Positions 1-9,760 are shown, numbered from the stretch's first letter. The stretch is 64,000 nt of DNA from a bacterium (GCA_013360215.1 JABWCP010000012.1:1-64000); one strand, 5' to 3'. The notes: generated by a model from the sequence alone, not told the origin. A program made the numbers and translations.

Positions 1-151
1 GAAAATTGCTACGCTTCCTACATTCAATCTCGACCTGCTCTGGAAATTCAAACTTGAAAACAACAGCCAAAGGGGGTATGATCTTATTCAGTATCCCTAT
101 CTTGCAATTCGCCTGACGAATTCTCATATTGAAAAAAAACGGAACCCTAGT

Positions 152-835
152 ATGACCCGCGCACAAAAGTTATATACGATTCTTTGCGGCATTTTTATTT
201 CGGCATTGATCGTCGCCGAAATCACCGGCAGTAAACTCATTCAACATTCCGTCTCCGAAAATTGGGTTTTTATACTCACGATGGGTACGATCCCGTTTCC
301 GATTACTTTTCTTGTAACCGATTTGATCAATGAATACTACGGAAAACCCGGTATTCGTTTCGTCACATTGCTTGGCATGGTACTGATCGGCTTTGTGTAT
401 GTTATTTTATTTATTGATATGAGTATTCCTGCGGCGGCGATTTCACCCGTATCCGATGCACAGTTCAACGCTGTTTTTGGCCAGTCCAGTCGCATTATTT
501 TAGGTTCGGTTACGGCGTATCTCATCGGGCAATTTATTGATATTCAAATTTTTCATACCATCCGCAAACATACCGGTGAGAAATGGCTCTGGCTCAGGGC
601 TACGGGTTCCACTTTTGTATCCCAACTCATTGACTCGTTTGTCGTACTGTTCATTGCATTCAGCAATACTTTGTCTTTCGAGCAAATTATGACGATCGGA
701 GCAACGAATTATATTTACAAATTTGTCATCGCCATTATCCTGACACCCGTGATTTATTTGACCCATGCGATGATTGATCGCTATTTGGGTGTCTCGGAAT
801 CACACACAATGATCGCACAGTCCGTCGAAAAATAA
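152..835 (+). CDS. yhhQ: Queuosine precursor (preQ0/preQ1) transporter, YhhQ/VUT family
   Basis: 227 aa, multi-TM; motifs FPITFLVTDLINEYYG, AYLIGQFIDIQIF, WLRATGSTFVSQLIDS typical of the family. Confidence 0.85.
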   Translation: MTRAQKLYTILCGIFISALIVAEITGSKLIQHSVSENWVFILTMGTIPFPITFLVTDLINEYYGKPGIRFVTLLGMVLIGFVYVILFIDMSIPAAAISPVSDAQFNAVFGQSSRIILGSVTAYLIGQFIDIQIFHTIRKHTGEKWLWLRATGSTFVSQLIDSFVVLFIAFSNTLSFEQIMTIGATNYIYKFVIAIILTPVIYLTHAMIDRYLGVSESHTMIAQSVEK

Positions 836-855
836 ATGAATACGGAATTCAACCT

Positions 856-1323
856 ATGCCTGAAATACTTTGCCGCGTAATAGACTGCCACGTTTTTCGT
901 CAAACACAAGAAGGGCCGCGTTATCTGGTGATGCAACGTGCCAATGAAGTGATTTACGCCGGTTCGTGGCGTATGGTCGGTGGAAAAATAGAAAACGGGG
1001 AAAAAGCGTGGGAAACGGCCTTACGGGAATTGAGCGAAGAAACCGGGCTTACGGCTATGCGTCTTTGGGCCGTGCCATACATCAATAGTTTCTACGAGGC
1101 TTCCAAAGATCGTGTCAACATCATACCTGTTTTTGCGGCGTGCGTACAAAACGACACCGTGACACTTTCGCGGGAACATAACGCATATCGATGGGCATCG
1201 TATGATGAGGCTTTGACCTTATTACCGTGGCCGGCTCAAATCGAGGGATTGCGTATCGTTCACGAATACATCACTACCGGAAAAACGGTTGCCGGATTCG
1301 TAGAAATCCCTTTACGCGCGTAG
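856..1323 (+). CDS. Nudix hydrolase, dihydroneopterin triphosphate pyrophosphatase (NudB)-like
   Basis: Nudix box GKIENGEKAWETALRELSEETGL; LSREH..YRW motif as in NudB-type enzymes. Confidence 0.75.
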   Translation: MPEILCRVIDCHVFRQTQEGPRYLVMQRANEVIYAGSWRMVGGKIENGEKAWETALRELSEETGLTAMRLWAVPYINSFYEASKDRVNIIPVFAACVQNDTVTLSREHNAYRWASYDEALTLLPWPAQIEGLRIVHEYITTGKTVAGFVEIPLRA

Positions 1324-2748
1324 TTTGGGATCCAGAGCATCACGTACACCGTCACCGACGATATTAAAACTCATCACGGTCAACACGATCGCTAAACCGG
1401 GAAATGTCGAAATCCACCACGCGTTCAGCAAGGCATCGCGCCCATCACTCACCATATTACCCCAGCTTGCCGTAGGCGGCTGAACGCCCACACCAAGAAA
1501 ACTCAATCCGGCTTCGACTAAAATAATCGCGCCTAAACGCAGCGTCGCCGCGACAACGACCGGCGCTAAAGTGTTGGGAATAATATGCACACGCATGATG
1601 CGTGCATGCGAATAACCCAATGCACGCGCGGCCGTGACAAATTCACTATTACGCAATACCAACACCTGACTTCGTACGATACGCGATACACCCATCCATC
1701 CGGTCAATCCTAATACGGCGATCATTAGTAAAACCGAATTGCCAAAAAGCGCAACGATCATCAGAATGAGAAATAAATTAGGAAAAGCCATCATGATATC
1801 CACTCCGCGCATCAGAAATCCGTCAATCCGATGACCAAAATAACCGGCGATCGTACCCACCAATGTGCCGAGCGCCACAGCCATCACCATGGCCAGCATA
1901 CCGATGGCCAGCGAAATGCGCGCACCGTAGATCAGTCGGCTCAGAATGTCACGCCCAAAGCGATCTGAACCCAACCAATATGTTCTTTGTGTTAGAAAAA
2001 TTTTGGGTTCAGTACTTGCCAGATTCGAAATATCCAGTTTCTTTTTTTGAATTCCTTGTGTATAAAAAACTTCGTTACCCTGAAGATGCCACTCATCAAC
2101 AAACAGTAAGGGTTCTTCCGTTTGTCGAAGCTGTTGATTGATGCTTTGAAGTGTAGCGGTCCAGTATTCTGAAAAGTTTAGTGCAGATGGCCTAGGCGGC
2201 GCGATATCATTTTTTTTAAGCCGCAAGGCCGTAACGGAGTGCATGGGTTTTATGTATTTAGTAACGACAATATCTTGTTGCGCATTGGGATCATGTGGTG
2301 CATACCAGGGTGCAAATATAGCCATAAGAACGAGTAACATCAGAATGCAAAAAAAACACATGGCAAAGCCATTACGCCGAAACGCCTGCCCGGCAAGCCG
2401 CCACGGTGATGCCGATATTCTCTGTTGAGTTATTATGCATTTTTTGTGATACCAGTAAAATACGCCGATGATCCATCCCGATGCCGCCAGAGAAGCCACC
2501 GCATGCTCCATGATTTCCGGTGACCACAGACGTGTAAGGGACTCAAAATTTGTAACGATCAATATTGGTACGGTCACTGCGGCATGCCAACCCGTGAGAA
2601 AGGCCTTCCACGAATATATAATCATCCCTATCGGCAATAGCCACGATATGAACAGGATCATGGCTGAGGTACGATCACCGCGCCGCAATTCGGGAAAACC
2701 CGGCAAACTCTGTATCGAAATGCGATTCCCTATTTTGTTATTCGCCAT
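1312..2748 (-). CDS. Peptide/nickel ABC transporter permease (OppC/DppC-like) with N-terminal extension and large loop insertion
   Basis: LGSDRFGRDILSRLIYGARISL, EAA loop EFVTAARALGYS, EAGLSFLGVG, GDGVRDALDP; start taken at ATG 2748 overlapping the upstream stop (track start 2781). Confidence 0.85.
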   Translation of the reverse strand: MANNKIGNRISIQSLPGFPELRRGDRTSAMILFISWLLPIGMIIYSWKAFLTGWHAAVTVPILIVTNFESLTRLWSPEIMEHAVASLAASGWIIGVFYWYHKKCIITQQRISASPWRLAGQAFRRNGFAMCFFCILMLLVLMAIFAPWYAPHDPNAQQDIVVTKYIKPMHSVTALRLKKNDIAPPRPSALNFSEYWTATLQSINQQLRQTEEPLLFVDEWHLQGNEVFYTQGIQKKKLDISNLASTEPKIFLTQRTYWLGSDRFGRDILSRLIYGARISLAIGMLAMVMAVALGTLVGTIAGYFGHRIDGFLMRGVDIMMAFPNLFLILMIVALFGNSVLLMIAVLGLTGWMGVSRIVRSQVLVLRNSEFVTAARALGYSHARIMRVHIIPNTLAPVVVAATLRLGAIILVEAGLSFLGVGVQPPTASWGNMVSDGRDALLNAWWISTFPGLAIVLTVMSFNIVGDGVRDALDPKLRA

Positions 2749-3226
2749 GTTCGAACATGCTCCGCCAGTAATCCATTTCACGTTCCGATAACGACGGATC
2801 GTTTTTCGCGCTCAGTTCGTCTGAAACCGGTTTATTTTTAAGCGTCGTCAATCGTTGGAAAAAATCTTCGGAGCGTTCGACTCGGCAGCCGCACCCTTGA
2901 GCATACCACATCACTTCGTTATCGGAAGACACGACGGTGATCGTACGCGCTTTTGCCTGATCATCCACGAGGCGTTTGATCGCTTCATCAGCGCGATTGG
3001 GAAGATTAGAAAATAGTATGCGCACTCCGGATTTGACCTGTAGGGACATTTTTTTTCCGTCAAATACCACTACCGCATCGTGGTTTGTCATATTTCTAAA
3101 CGTAGCGATATGCACCAAAAGCGCCTGACGTCCTTGCTCTAAACTTTTTATTTCCTCCCGTCGCAAAGCGTCAATACGTTTGATCAGGTTATATCCGTCA
3201 AAAATATAAAGCGGTTTTTGTGTCAT
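2738..3226 (-). CDS. NYN/PIN-domain protein, YacP/Rae1-like putative RNase
   Basis: IFDGYNL, VVVFDG, ADEAIKRL, VVSSDNEV acidic motifs. Confidence 0.8.
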   Translation of the reverse strand: MTQKPLYIFDGYNLIKRIDALRREEIKSLEQGRQALLVHIATFRNMTNHDAVVVFDGKKMSLQVKSGVRILFSNLPNRADEAIKRLVDDQAKARTITVVSSDNEVMWYAQGCGCRVERSEDFFQRLTTLKNKPVSDELSAKNDPSLSEREMDYWRSMFEHGE

Positions 3227-4368
3227 ACCCCGGCGCTCAGTTTTTCGAGAATCTGTCGTATTTCATTTTCGGTATTATAAAAATGCGGTGAAACGCGAAT
3301 CGCGCCATCGCGGTACGATACGGTAACTCCCGATTGCATAAGCTTTTCAAAAACGTTTTTCGTAGGAATGCGCTGCTCGTCACGCGACTGAAACGATATA
3401 ATCCCCGAACGATGGATGGGGGTTAGATCGCTACGGATGATCCATCCTTGTTCATTCAAACCCTGTGCCAAAAGATCAATGAGCTCCGTAATATGATAAA
3501 AAATATTTTCAATGCCGACTTCCATCAAAAGCGACACCGATGCTTTCATACCGTAGATACCCAGCATGTTTTCAGTAGCCAATTCAAACCGACGGGCATC
3601 TTCCGGAAAATCCAGAGCATATTCACGCAGATTCCACGGATGCTTTACCGACAGCCAACCGACCTGCTGAACCGTCAAACGATCAATCAGTTGTTCACCG
3701 ACATATACGAAACCCAATCCGCCCGGCGCCATGAGCCACTTGTGACCGCCATTGGATAAAAAATCCACATAGGTTTTTGTTACATCCAAAGGGACGGCTC
3801 CGACACCCTGAATCCCGTCCACACAAAATAATATTCCGCGATCACGGCATGCTTTGCCCAGTGCTTCCAAATCAGCTCGAAATCCATTATGGTATTGGAC
3901 AAAACTAACCGAGACTAGGCGCGTCGCCGCGGTAAATCGCGAAACAAAATCATCGGTTGTAAAGCGCCCTGTAGGTGTCGGCACAAATTCGACACGCACA
4001 CCGCGATCTTGCAATTTTAAAAAAGGATATACATTGGAAGGAAATTCACCCTCCGCGATCAGAATATGGTCACCGCGTTGCCACGACAATCCATCAGCCA
4101 GGATGTTCAATCCCGCCGATGTGTTTTTGACAAAGCCGATATGCGCTGGTCGAGTGTTCAACATTTGTGCTAAGATACCGCGCAGATTTTCGCGCGTTTC
4201 CATCCAGACGGGAAAATTATCAACGTGTGTCGTAGAAGAAACCGTCAAAAGTTCGTCAATGGCCGATTTCACGCGTGTAGATACCGGCGAACAGGCTGCA
4301 TGATTGACATATACCCCATGTTGAGTGGACGGAAAAAGCGCACGCCATTGGTTGAGTTTATTTTTCAT
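3223..4368 (-). CDS. Class V PLP aminotransferase / cysteine desulfurase-like
   Basis: YVNHAACSP, EFPSN, VDGIQGVG, GGHKWLMAPGGLG (PLP Lys), IRVSPHFYN. Confidence 0.85.
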   Translation of the reverse strand: MKNKLNQWRALFPSTQHGVYVNHAACSPVSTRVKSAIDELLTVSSTTHVDNFPVWMETRENLRGILAQMLNTRPAHIGFVKNTSAGLNILADGLSWQRGDHILIAEGEFPSNVYPFLKLQDRGVRVEFVPTPTGRFTTDDFVSRFTAATRLVSVSFVQYHNGFRADLEALGKACRDRGILFCVDGIQGVGAVPLDVTKTYVDFLSNGGHKWLMAPGGLGFVYVGEQLIDRLTVQQVGWLSVKHPWNLREYALDFPEDARRFELATENMLGIYGMKASVSLLMEVGIENIFYHITELIDLLAQGLNEQGWIIRSDLTPIHRSGIISFQSRDEQRIPTKNVFEKLMQSGVTVSYRDGAIRVSPHFYNTENEIRQILEKLSAGV

Positions 4369-5282
4369 TTTTTTATAAAAATATCCCTTAGTGCCGCATA
4401 CAGTTCATCAAACGTAAACTGAAAACCGGCGTTTTGTAATTTTACCGGAAGAGCTTTCTGACCGGCTAATAAGGAATCGGAAAATTCTCCGACAACTATT
4501 TTTAAAACAAAACCCGGAACAGGCGCCCAACTGGGTCGGCGCAGCACTGAACCGAGTGTTTGAGAAAATTGTTTCATTGTCACGGGCATAGGGGCTGTCC
4601 CATTAACCGGACCGCGGATGGTTTTTTCATTTAAAATAAAAAGTACCGCTCGCACAAGATCGTCACGGTGAATCCACGGCAACCATTGTCGGCCGGAGCC
4701 AAGCGGGCCACCTACAAAAAGTTTAAACGGTAAAACCATTTTTTGTAATGCACCGCCACCTTCTTCAAGCACGATGCCGATGCGCAGACACACCACGCGT
4801 ATTCCCAATGTTTCCGCTTGTAAGGCTTCGTTTTCCCATGCAGCACACGTACGCCCTAAAAAATCATCGGATGCGTGACGGGTTTCGTCCACAGCACCTT
4901 CCGGAACATCGCCGTAATAACCCACCGCGCTCGCATTGATCCAGGTTTTTGGTTTTTGTTGCGCTACGTGGCACGCTTTCATCAATATGCGTGTTGATAA
5001 TATCCGACTATCGGCTATTATTTTTTTATAAGATGCGTCCCACCGTTTTCCGGCAATACTAGCTCCGGTCAAATTAATTATGGCGTCCGCTTCATTGACG
5101 TCGGAAAACCAATCCCCCGAAGAAACAGCATCCCAGAAAACGGCTTTGACCGTATCGCCCCACTGATTTCGAACCACATCCGGTCGGCGTGAGAGAATGA
5201 TAAGTTGATGTTTTTCTTCTAATAATGCCTTTATCAAAGCATTTCCGATAAATCCGGTCGCGCCGGCCAGTACGATTTTCAT
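4365..5282 (-). CDS. TIGR01777 family NAD-dependent epimerase (YfcH-like)
   Basis: GATGFIG, INLTGASI, SAVGYYG, GGPLGSGRQWLPWIH. Confidence 0.9.
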   Translation of the reverse strand: MKIVLAGATGFIGNALIKALLEEKHQLIILSRRPDVVRNQWGDTVKAVFWDAVSSGDWFSDVNEADAIINLTGASIAGKRWDASYKKIIADSRILSTRILMKACHVAQQKPKTWINASAVGYYGDVPEGAVDETRHASDDFLGRTCAAWENEALQAETLGIRVVCLRIGIVLEEGGGALQKMVLPFKLFVGGPLGSGRQWLPWIHRDDLVRAVLFILNEKTIRGPVNGTAPMPVTMKQFSQTLGSVLRRPSWAPVPGFVLKIVVGEFSDSLLAGQKALPVKLQNAGFQFTFDELYAALRDIFIKK

Positions 5283-5507
5283 TTAAAATACATTTAAGAT
5301 TATGAATTTGAATAGCTCAATGTATTAGATTCATCTCTTAATTTGCACATTTTTAATTCTAAAGAAAAAAAATTAATTACTTTTATTAAAAATAATTACT
5401 TTTAAAAGCCAAATAAACTAACCTATTATTAATCAATGTTTTGCAAAAAACAGACTCCGTATTATTATGTATTTTTAATTTATTTTTTGATTACTGCAAT
5501 ATTTTTC

Positions 5508-5536
5508 TTGCGCAGTAACCTGTGATATATTATATT
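5508..5536 (+). promoter_or_regulatory. sigma70-type promoter TTGCGC-N17-TATATT upstream of the candidate sRNA
   Basis: -35 at 5508-5513, -10 at 5531-5536, AT-rich upstream tract. Confidence 0.5.
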
Positions 5537-5539
5537 GAA

Positions 5540-5646
5540 AGTGTGATCGCTGATCACATTGTTTTTGAAACCCCCACGGAGGTTACCCCCTAACCTCTGG
5601 CTACGATAGAGACCCAGGGTTGTTTCCCTCATCCCTGGGTTTTTTA
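5540..5646 (+). ncRNA. Candidate small RNA (~105 nt) with three hairpins, C-rich loops and an intrinsic terminator
   Basis: Stems TGTGATC/GATCACA, GAGGTTA-CCCCC-TAACCTC and ACCCAGGG..CCCTGGGT followed by a U-tract; GC-rich island in an AT-rich spacer. Confidence 0.55.
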
Positions 5647-5758
5647 TTTTCATTTTTTCCTACTCTAAAATTCATAAATTAATTGGGTACAAAATTACTT
5701 TTTTTCGTACCATAATAATGACTCATTACCCCACAATACATCGTTTGCGCAGGTGATT

Positions 5759-7213
5759 ATGAAATCGTATCGCATATTTTTTTTATTACTGATTTTGTTC
5801 GTTGGTATCGGAATAGGGCTGATTCTTAGTTTTAATATCGGAAAACCACGCCCTTCCGCCCAAAATTCTTCGACAACCGATTCGTTCCCGATCGTTCACA
5901 TTTCACAAGCGCTGGCATCAGAGCTCGCCGCAACTTCTTTTTCGGGAATTGCCCGGCTTTCGACACCGGCGGTTGTAACTATTACAAGCGAAAAAAAACA
6001 ATCTTCATCGGACGAAGAAACACAATTCCGTTTTCACCGTGATATGCCCGAGCAAGGCGTCGGTTCCGGCGTTATTGTTTCCGCCGATGGCTATATCGTA
6101 ACCAACAATCACGTAATTGATCAAGCCGAACGTATCGTAGTGCGTTTAGCCGATCGCCGCTCTTTTGAAGCCACACTTTTGGGAACCGATCCACTAACGG
6201 ACATCGCCCTCATTCGCATTGATGCGACAGGTTTGCCGACCATCACGTTTGGTAATTCGGACATGATCCAAGTCGGCGACTGGGTCATCGCTGTCGGCTC
6301 GCCGCTCAGTCTTAATTCGACCGTAACCGCAGGTATCGTCAGTGCAACGAATCGTCAAATCGAAATCATCGGTGATCAATATGGGGTTGAAAATTTTATT
6401 CAAACCGACGCCGTCATCAATCCCGGAAACAGCGGCGGTGCGTTGCTCAATATGCGAGGTGAATTGATCGGCATTAATACGGCTATAGCCAGCCGAACCG
6501 GCATGTATCAGGGATACGGTTTCGCCGTCCCATCCAATATTGTGCGTAATGCCGTTCAGGACTTATCGCGGTACGGGCGTGTCGTGCGCGGTTATATCGG
6601 TGTCGGCATCAAAGATGTGGACGCTATATATGCCAAAGCTATCGGGCTGGATAAAGCCCGCGGCGTATTGGTAGAATCGCTTACGGAAAAAGGCGCGGCA
6701 CGGCACAGCGGCGTGGAAGAAGGCGACGTGATTTTACAAATTGACGACATGCCGCTTTTTCAGCGCAACGAACTGCAAGCCTACGTCGCACTCCACAAAC
6801 CGGGTGAGAGTGTGCGATTACAGATTTGGCGCGACGGGCAAACCGTCGAAAAGAAAGTCATGCTGCGCAATCCCGACGGCAATACCGATATACCAGCAGA
6901 AAAAATACAACGGCAAAACGATGCACATATCGGTTCAGAATCATGGGGTTACGGGCTTGGGTTTGAAGTGGAGAACTTAAGTGATCAAGGGATGCGCGGT
7001 GTGATGATTTCCAAAAGCTCATGGCGCGCCAAGGCTCAAAATATTTACGAAGGCATGATCCTGACCCGCGTCCAAAAAACGGATATCAATGACGTTTCTG
7101 TTTTTGAAAAAACAGCACGGGAATTAAAAAATGGCGAAGCAGTGATTATCCAGTTAGCCGATCGTCGCAATCCGGCCAATCATATTCTTACGGCCGTAGA
7201 GGTGCGCCGTTAA
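5759..7213 (+). CDS. degP: HtrA/DegP (Do) serine protease with PDZ domains
   Basis: TNNHV, DIALI, INPGNSGGAL triad; N-terminal TM; two PDZ-like regions; AGGTGA RBS before ATG 5759. Confidence 0.92.
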   Translation: MKSYRIFFLLLILFVGIGIGLILSFNIGKPRPSAQNSSTTDSFPIVHISQALASELAATSFSGIARLSTPAVVTITSEKKQSSSDEETQFRFHRDMPEQGVGSGVIVSADGYIVTNNHVIDQAERIVVRLADRRSFEATLLGTDPLTDIALIRIDATGLPTITFGNSDMIQVGDWVIAVGSPLSLNSTVTAGIVSATNRQIEIIGDQYGVENFIQTDAVINPGNSGGALLNMRGELIGINTAIASRTGMYQGYGFAVPSNIVRNAVQDLSRYGRVVRGYIGVGIKDVDAIYAKAIGLDKARGVLVESLTEKGAARHSGVEEGDVILQIDDMPLFQRNELQAYVALHKPGESVRLQIWRDGQTVEKKVMLRNPDGNTDIPAEKIQRQNDAHIGSESWGYGLGFEVENLSDQGMRGVMISKSSWRAKAQNIYEGMILTRVQKTDINDVSVFEKTARELKNGEAVIIQLADRRNPANHILTAVEVRR

Positions 7214-7243
7214 AACCAATCGCTTGAACAAAATATCGTTCTA

Positions 7244-8875
7244 TTAACCGATCTGAAGTTTCATACCGTCGTCGGTCCATGTACCAGTATTGGGTGACGA
7301 ATCTGTCGGCTTAATGATCGCACTCCCGATCGTAAGTAATCCGACTCGGCCGACAAACATCGTTACAACGATGAGTATTTTCGAAGCCGGCGTCATCAAC
7401 ATCGTAATGCCGGCCGACAGGCCTACGGTACCAAACGCGCTTACGACTTCAAACGCCATTTGCATGAGCGTAAATCGCGTTTCCAAAACGGTCATCAAAA
7501 GTATCACGCTCAATACAAAGGTGGAACTCAAAACGTAAAGCTTCACGGCATTGCCTACCGATCCTTTGCTTACCACATAGCGGAACAAAGAGACACGATT
7601 CATACCACGAAACGAACTGCGAATATATCCGAGCATAGTGGCAAATGTAGGAATTTTAATGCCGCCGGCCGTACCCTGGGGCGCTGCACCGATAAACATC
7701 AGCGAAATAAATACCATCAAAGTACGGATTTGCAGAAGCCCAATATCAACGGTATTAAATCCGGCCGTCCGTGTAGATACGGAGTGAAAAAATGAAATCA
7801 ACCATTTTTCACCGGCATCGTAGTGACCAAGCGTATGTGGATCATCCCATTCGTATGCGGCCATGAGTACCGTACCGATGGCGAGCAGAACAACAGTTCC
7901 CCATATTACAATTTTCATTTGCAAGGGACTTGCCACGCCGGCTAGTTCTTCACGCAATTTTTTGGATCGTAAATATAACCGATCAACAAAATTATAAAAG
8001 GGTTCCACCAGATACAGCTTGTCCGGGCGTCGCATGGCGATCATCTCCATCAATGCTTCGCTGAAATTGAGCATTTTGTGAAGCATCAGCAGGAAAAAAC
8101 TTTCAATGCCGAGAAGAACGGGGTAGCCGATACCGCCTAATACGATGAGTCCGGCGATAATCATATTCACAGACACATCCGAGCGAAAAGGCATCAGATT
8201 ATCCGTATATAACCCGAAACCTGCATTATTGAATGCCGAGATCGTATGAAAAACAGAAAACCATAACGGTGTAATCGGGCCCTCGGCTAAACGATCTTTC
8301 GTCGCCAGATAAAGCAGTAAACAACCTACTCCTTCGATCGCCAAAGTGATTTTAGCCGTCGAAGCCAAAACTTGAAAAATCGTACGATGCTCACCTTCGA
8401 CGTCCATCACGGAACCTAATGTTTGTGCTGTTCCCGGAGAAAGATTACCGGTTCTACCAATCCACAAAAGTCGAAATGCCGTCACCACACCAAAGCCACC
8501 GACTTGTATCAGAACCATCGTTATGACTTGACCGGCAAAAGTGAATTTGCTGAAGTCAACCGATGTCAGGCCGGTTACACAAATTGCGGACGTCGAAATA
8601 AACAACGCATCCACGTAGGATATCACATTTTCGCCGCGATTTTCAATAAGGAACAACAAAATCGATCCGATCAAAATCGCCATAGCAAAACCGATGATGG
8701 CAATTTCGGCTGCCGAATACTTGCGGATACTAAATTCAATCCGACTTTCTATTCGGTTTATTTCGTCTTGTAAAGAACCGGTTTTTGCTTGAGGATCGTT
8801 AGATTGGGGAGGTTCATCAGATCCGGATTGGGATACCGAATCCGGTTTCGAGGCTTCAGAAGTAGAATTTTCCAT
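7244..8875 (-). CDS. KtrB/TrkH family potassium uptake membrane subunit
   Basis: Four filter motifs CVTGL, NNAGF, RTAGF, GTVGL; GTAGGIK; FVGRVG; ATG 8875 preferred over track TTG 8932. Confidence 0.9.
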   Translation of the reverse strand: MENSTSEASKPDSVSQSGSDEPPQSNDPQAKTGSLQDEINRIESRIEFSIRKYSAAEIAIIGFAMAILIGSILLFLIENRGENVISYVDALFISTSAICVTGLTSVDFSKFTFAGQVITMVLIQVGGFGVVTAFRLLWIGRTGNLSPGTAQTLGSVMDVEGEHRTIFQVLASTAKITLAIEGVGCLLLYLATKDRLAEGPITPLWFSVFHTISAFNNAGFGLYTDNLMPFRSDVSVNMIIAGLIVLGGIGYPVLLGIESFFLLMLHKMLNFSEALMEMIAMRRPDKLYLVEPFYNFVDRLYLRSKKLREELAGVASPLQMKIVIWGTVVLLAIGTVLMAAYEWDDPHTLGHYDAGEKWLISFFHSVSTRTAGFNTVDIGLLQIRTLMVFISLMFIGAAPQGTAGGIKIPTFATMLGYIRSSFRGMNRVSLFRYVVSKGSVGNAVKLYVLSSTFVLSVILLMTVLETRFTLMQMAFEVVSAFGTVGLSAGITMLMTPASKILIVVTMFVGRVGLLTIGSAIIKPTDSSPNTGTWTDDGMKLQIG

Positions 8876-8930
8876 ATATGTATTTTGGTCCGACCGTAAA
8901 CAAACGACGTGTTTGTTTTTGGTGGGGAGC

Positions 8931-8960
8931 AATATACACTGAGCCCTATTGCAATGTCAA
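8931..8960 (-). promoter_or_regulatory. sigma70-type promoter TTGACA-N18-TATATT for the ktrB-like gene
   Basis: Consensus -35 on the minus strand (8960-8955), -10 at 8936-8931. Confidence 0.5.
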
Positions 8961-9014
8961 TAAATTTGTTACGAATGCAAATAAGGTTTCACACCAAACA
9001 AGCGGTAAGTAATT

Positions 9015-9407
9015 TTAAGAACATTTTTTTAAATGTGAGTCAATCCGTATGATATGGGTAACCAACCAAACTTTTACCAACGCCTGAATTTCGCGGAGCA
9101 ATTGTATCGAGTCGCCGTCATGCTGATATTTATCCGCAATTTTTTCATACGCTTCTAAGAATTTTTTATGAGAATGCTCATTATATTCGGCTACCGGGCA
9201 TTTGCGTTCATGCATGCACTTCTCTTCGTACTTAAAATGATCGCGGATGTATGCGCTCAAAAAATCAATAGCCTGATTGACCAGCTCATCGCTACGCCCG
9301 TGCGTGACGCCTTCCTCCAGGTCGGCCAGGAAATGAAAAATATTTTTATGCTGATCGTCTATTTCTTTATCACCGATCAGGTATTCATCCTTCCAAACAA
9401 AAGACAT
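9015..9407 (-). CDS. Bacteriohemerythrin (single domain)
   Basis: W...Y.IG..EIDDQH, HFKYEE, WLVTHI..ID iron-ligand pattern. Confidence 0.88.
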   Translation of the reverse strand: MSFVWKDEYLIGDKEIDDQHKNIFHFLADLEEGVTHGRSDELVNQAIDFLSAYIRDHFKYEEKCMHERKCPVAEYNEHSHKKFLEAYEKIADKYQHDGDSIQLLREIQALVKVWLVTHIIRIDSHLKKCS

Positions 9408-9652
9408 AAATTTTTTCTCGTTATAGGTAGGTCAAAAGAACCGACCTAATTTGCAAGGCCATAGAACTATAATCAAGAGTTAATACGTAAATTTTAATGG
9501 AAAGGATGTAAGGAAACAAAATATTTTTCAAACAAATCTGCGTACAAACATTTTCTAATTTACCGATCGCCTTATCGGGCATGCGTCTTGACAGAGAGCA
9601 TGCTCGCGTACAGAAGGAAACGCCGTATGCTTTTAAACACTGCGTTCAACGT

Positions 9653-9760
9653 TCACTGCACCAACTGTAAATAAAAATACATCAAGATACAAACGGCTAA
9701 AAATTCAGCCGTAAAAATGGCCAACATTGTTTTTTTGTATTCTTGCTTTTCCATACGCAT
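9653..9760 (-). CDS. Putative 35-aa single-pass membrane peptide (MRMEKQEYKKTMLAIFTAEFLAVCILMYFYLQLVQ), below the ORF-track cutoff
   Basis: Translated by hand; TAAGGAA RBS just before the ATG; charged N-terminus then a ~20-residue hydrophobic stretch. Confidence 0.45.
   Translation of the reverse strand: MRMEKQEYKKTMLAIFTAEFLAVCILMYFYLQLVQ

Noticed and set aside
1-151. preQ1 riboswitch upstream of yhhQ, or an N-terminal extension (the frame is open to the window edge)
   Set aside because: A hairpin and A-run exist but not the preQ1 consensus. A promoter-like TTGCAA-N17-CATATT (102-130) leaves too short a leader, and the protein from ATG 152 already has normal YhhQ length.
5542-5558. TGTGA-N7-TCACA as a CRP site
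   Set aside because: Spacing is 7, not 6; better explained as the 5' hairpin of the sRNA candidate.
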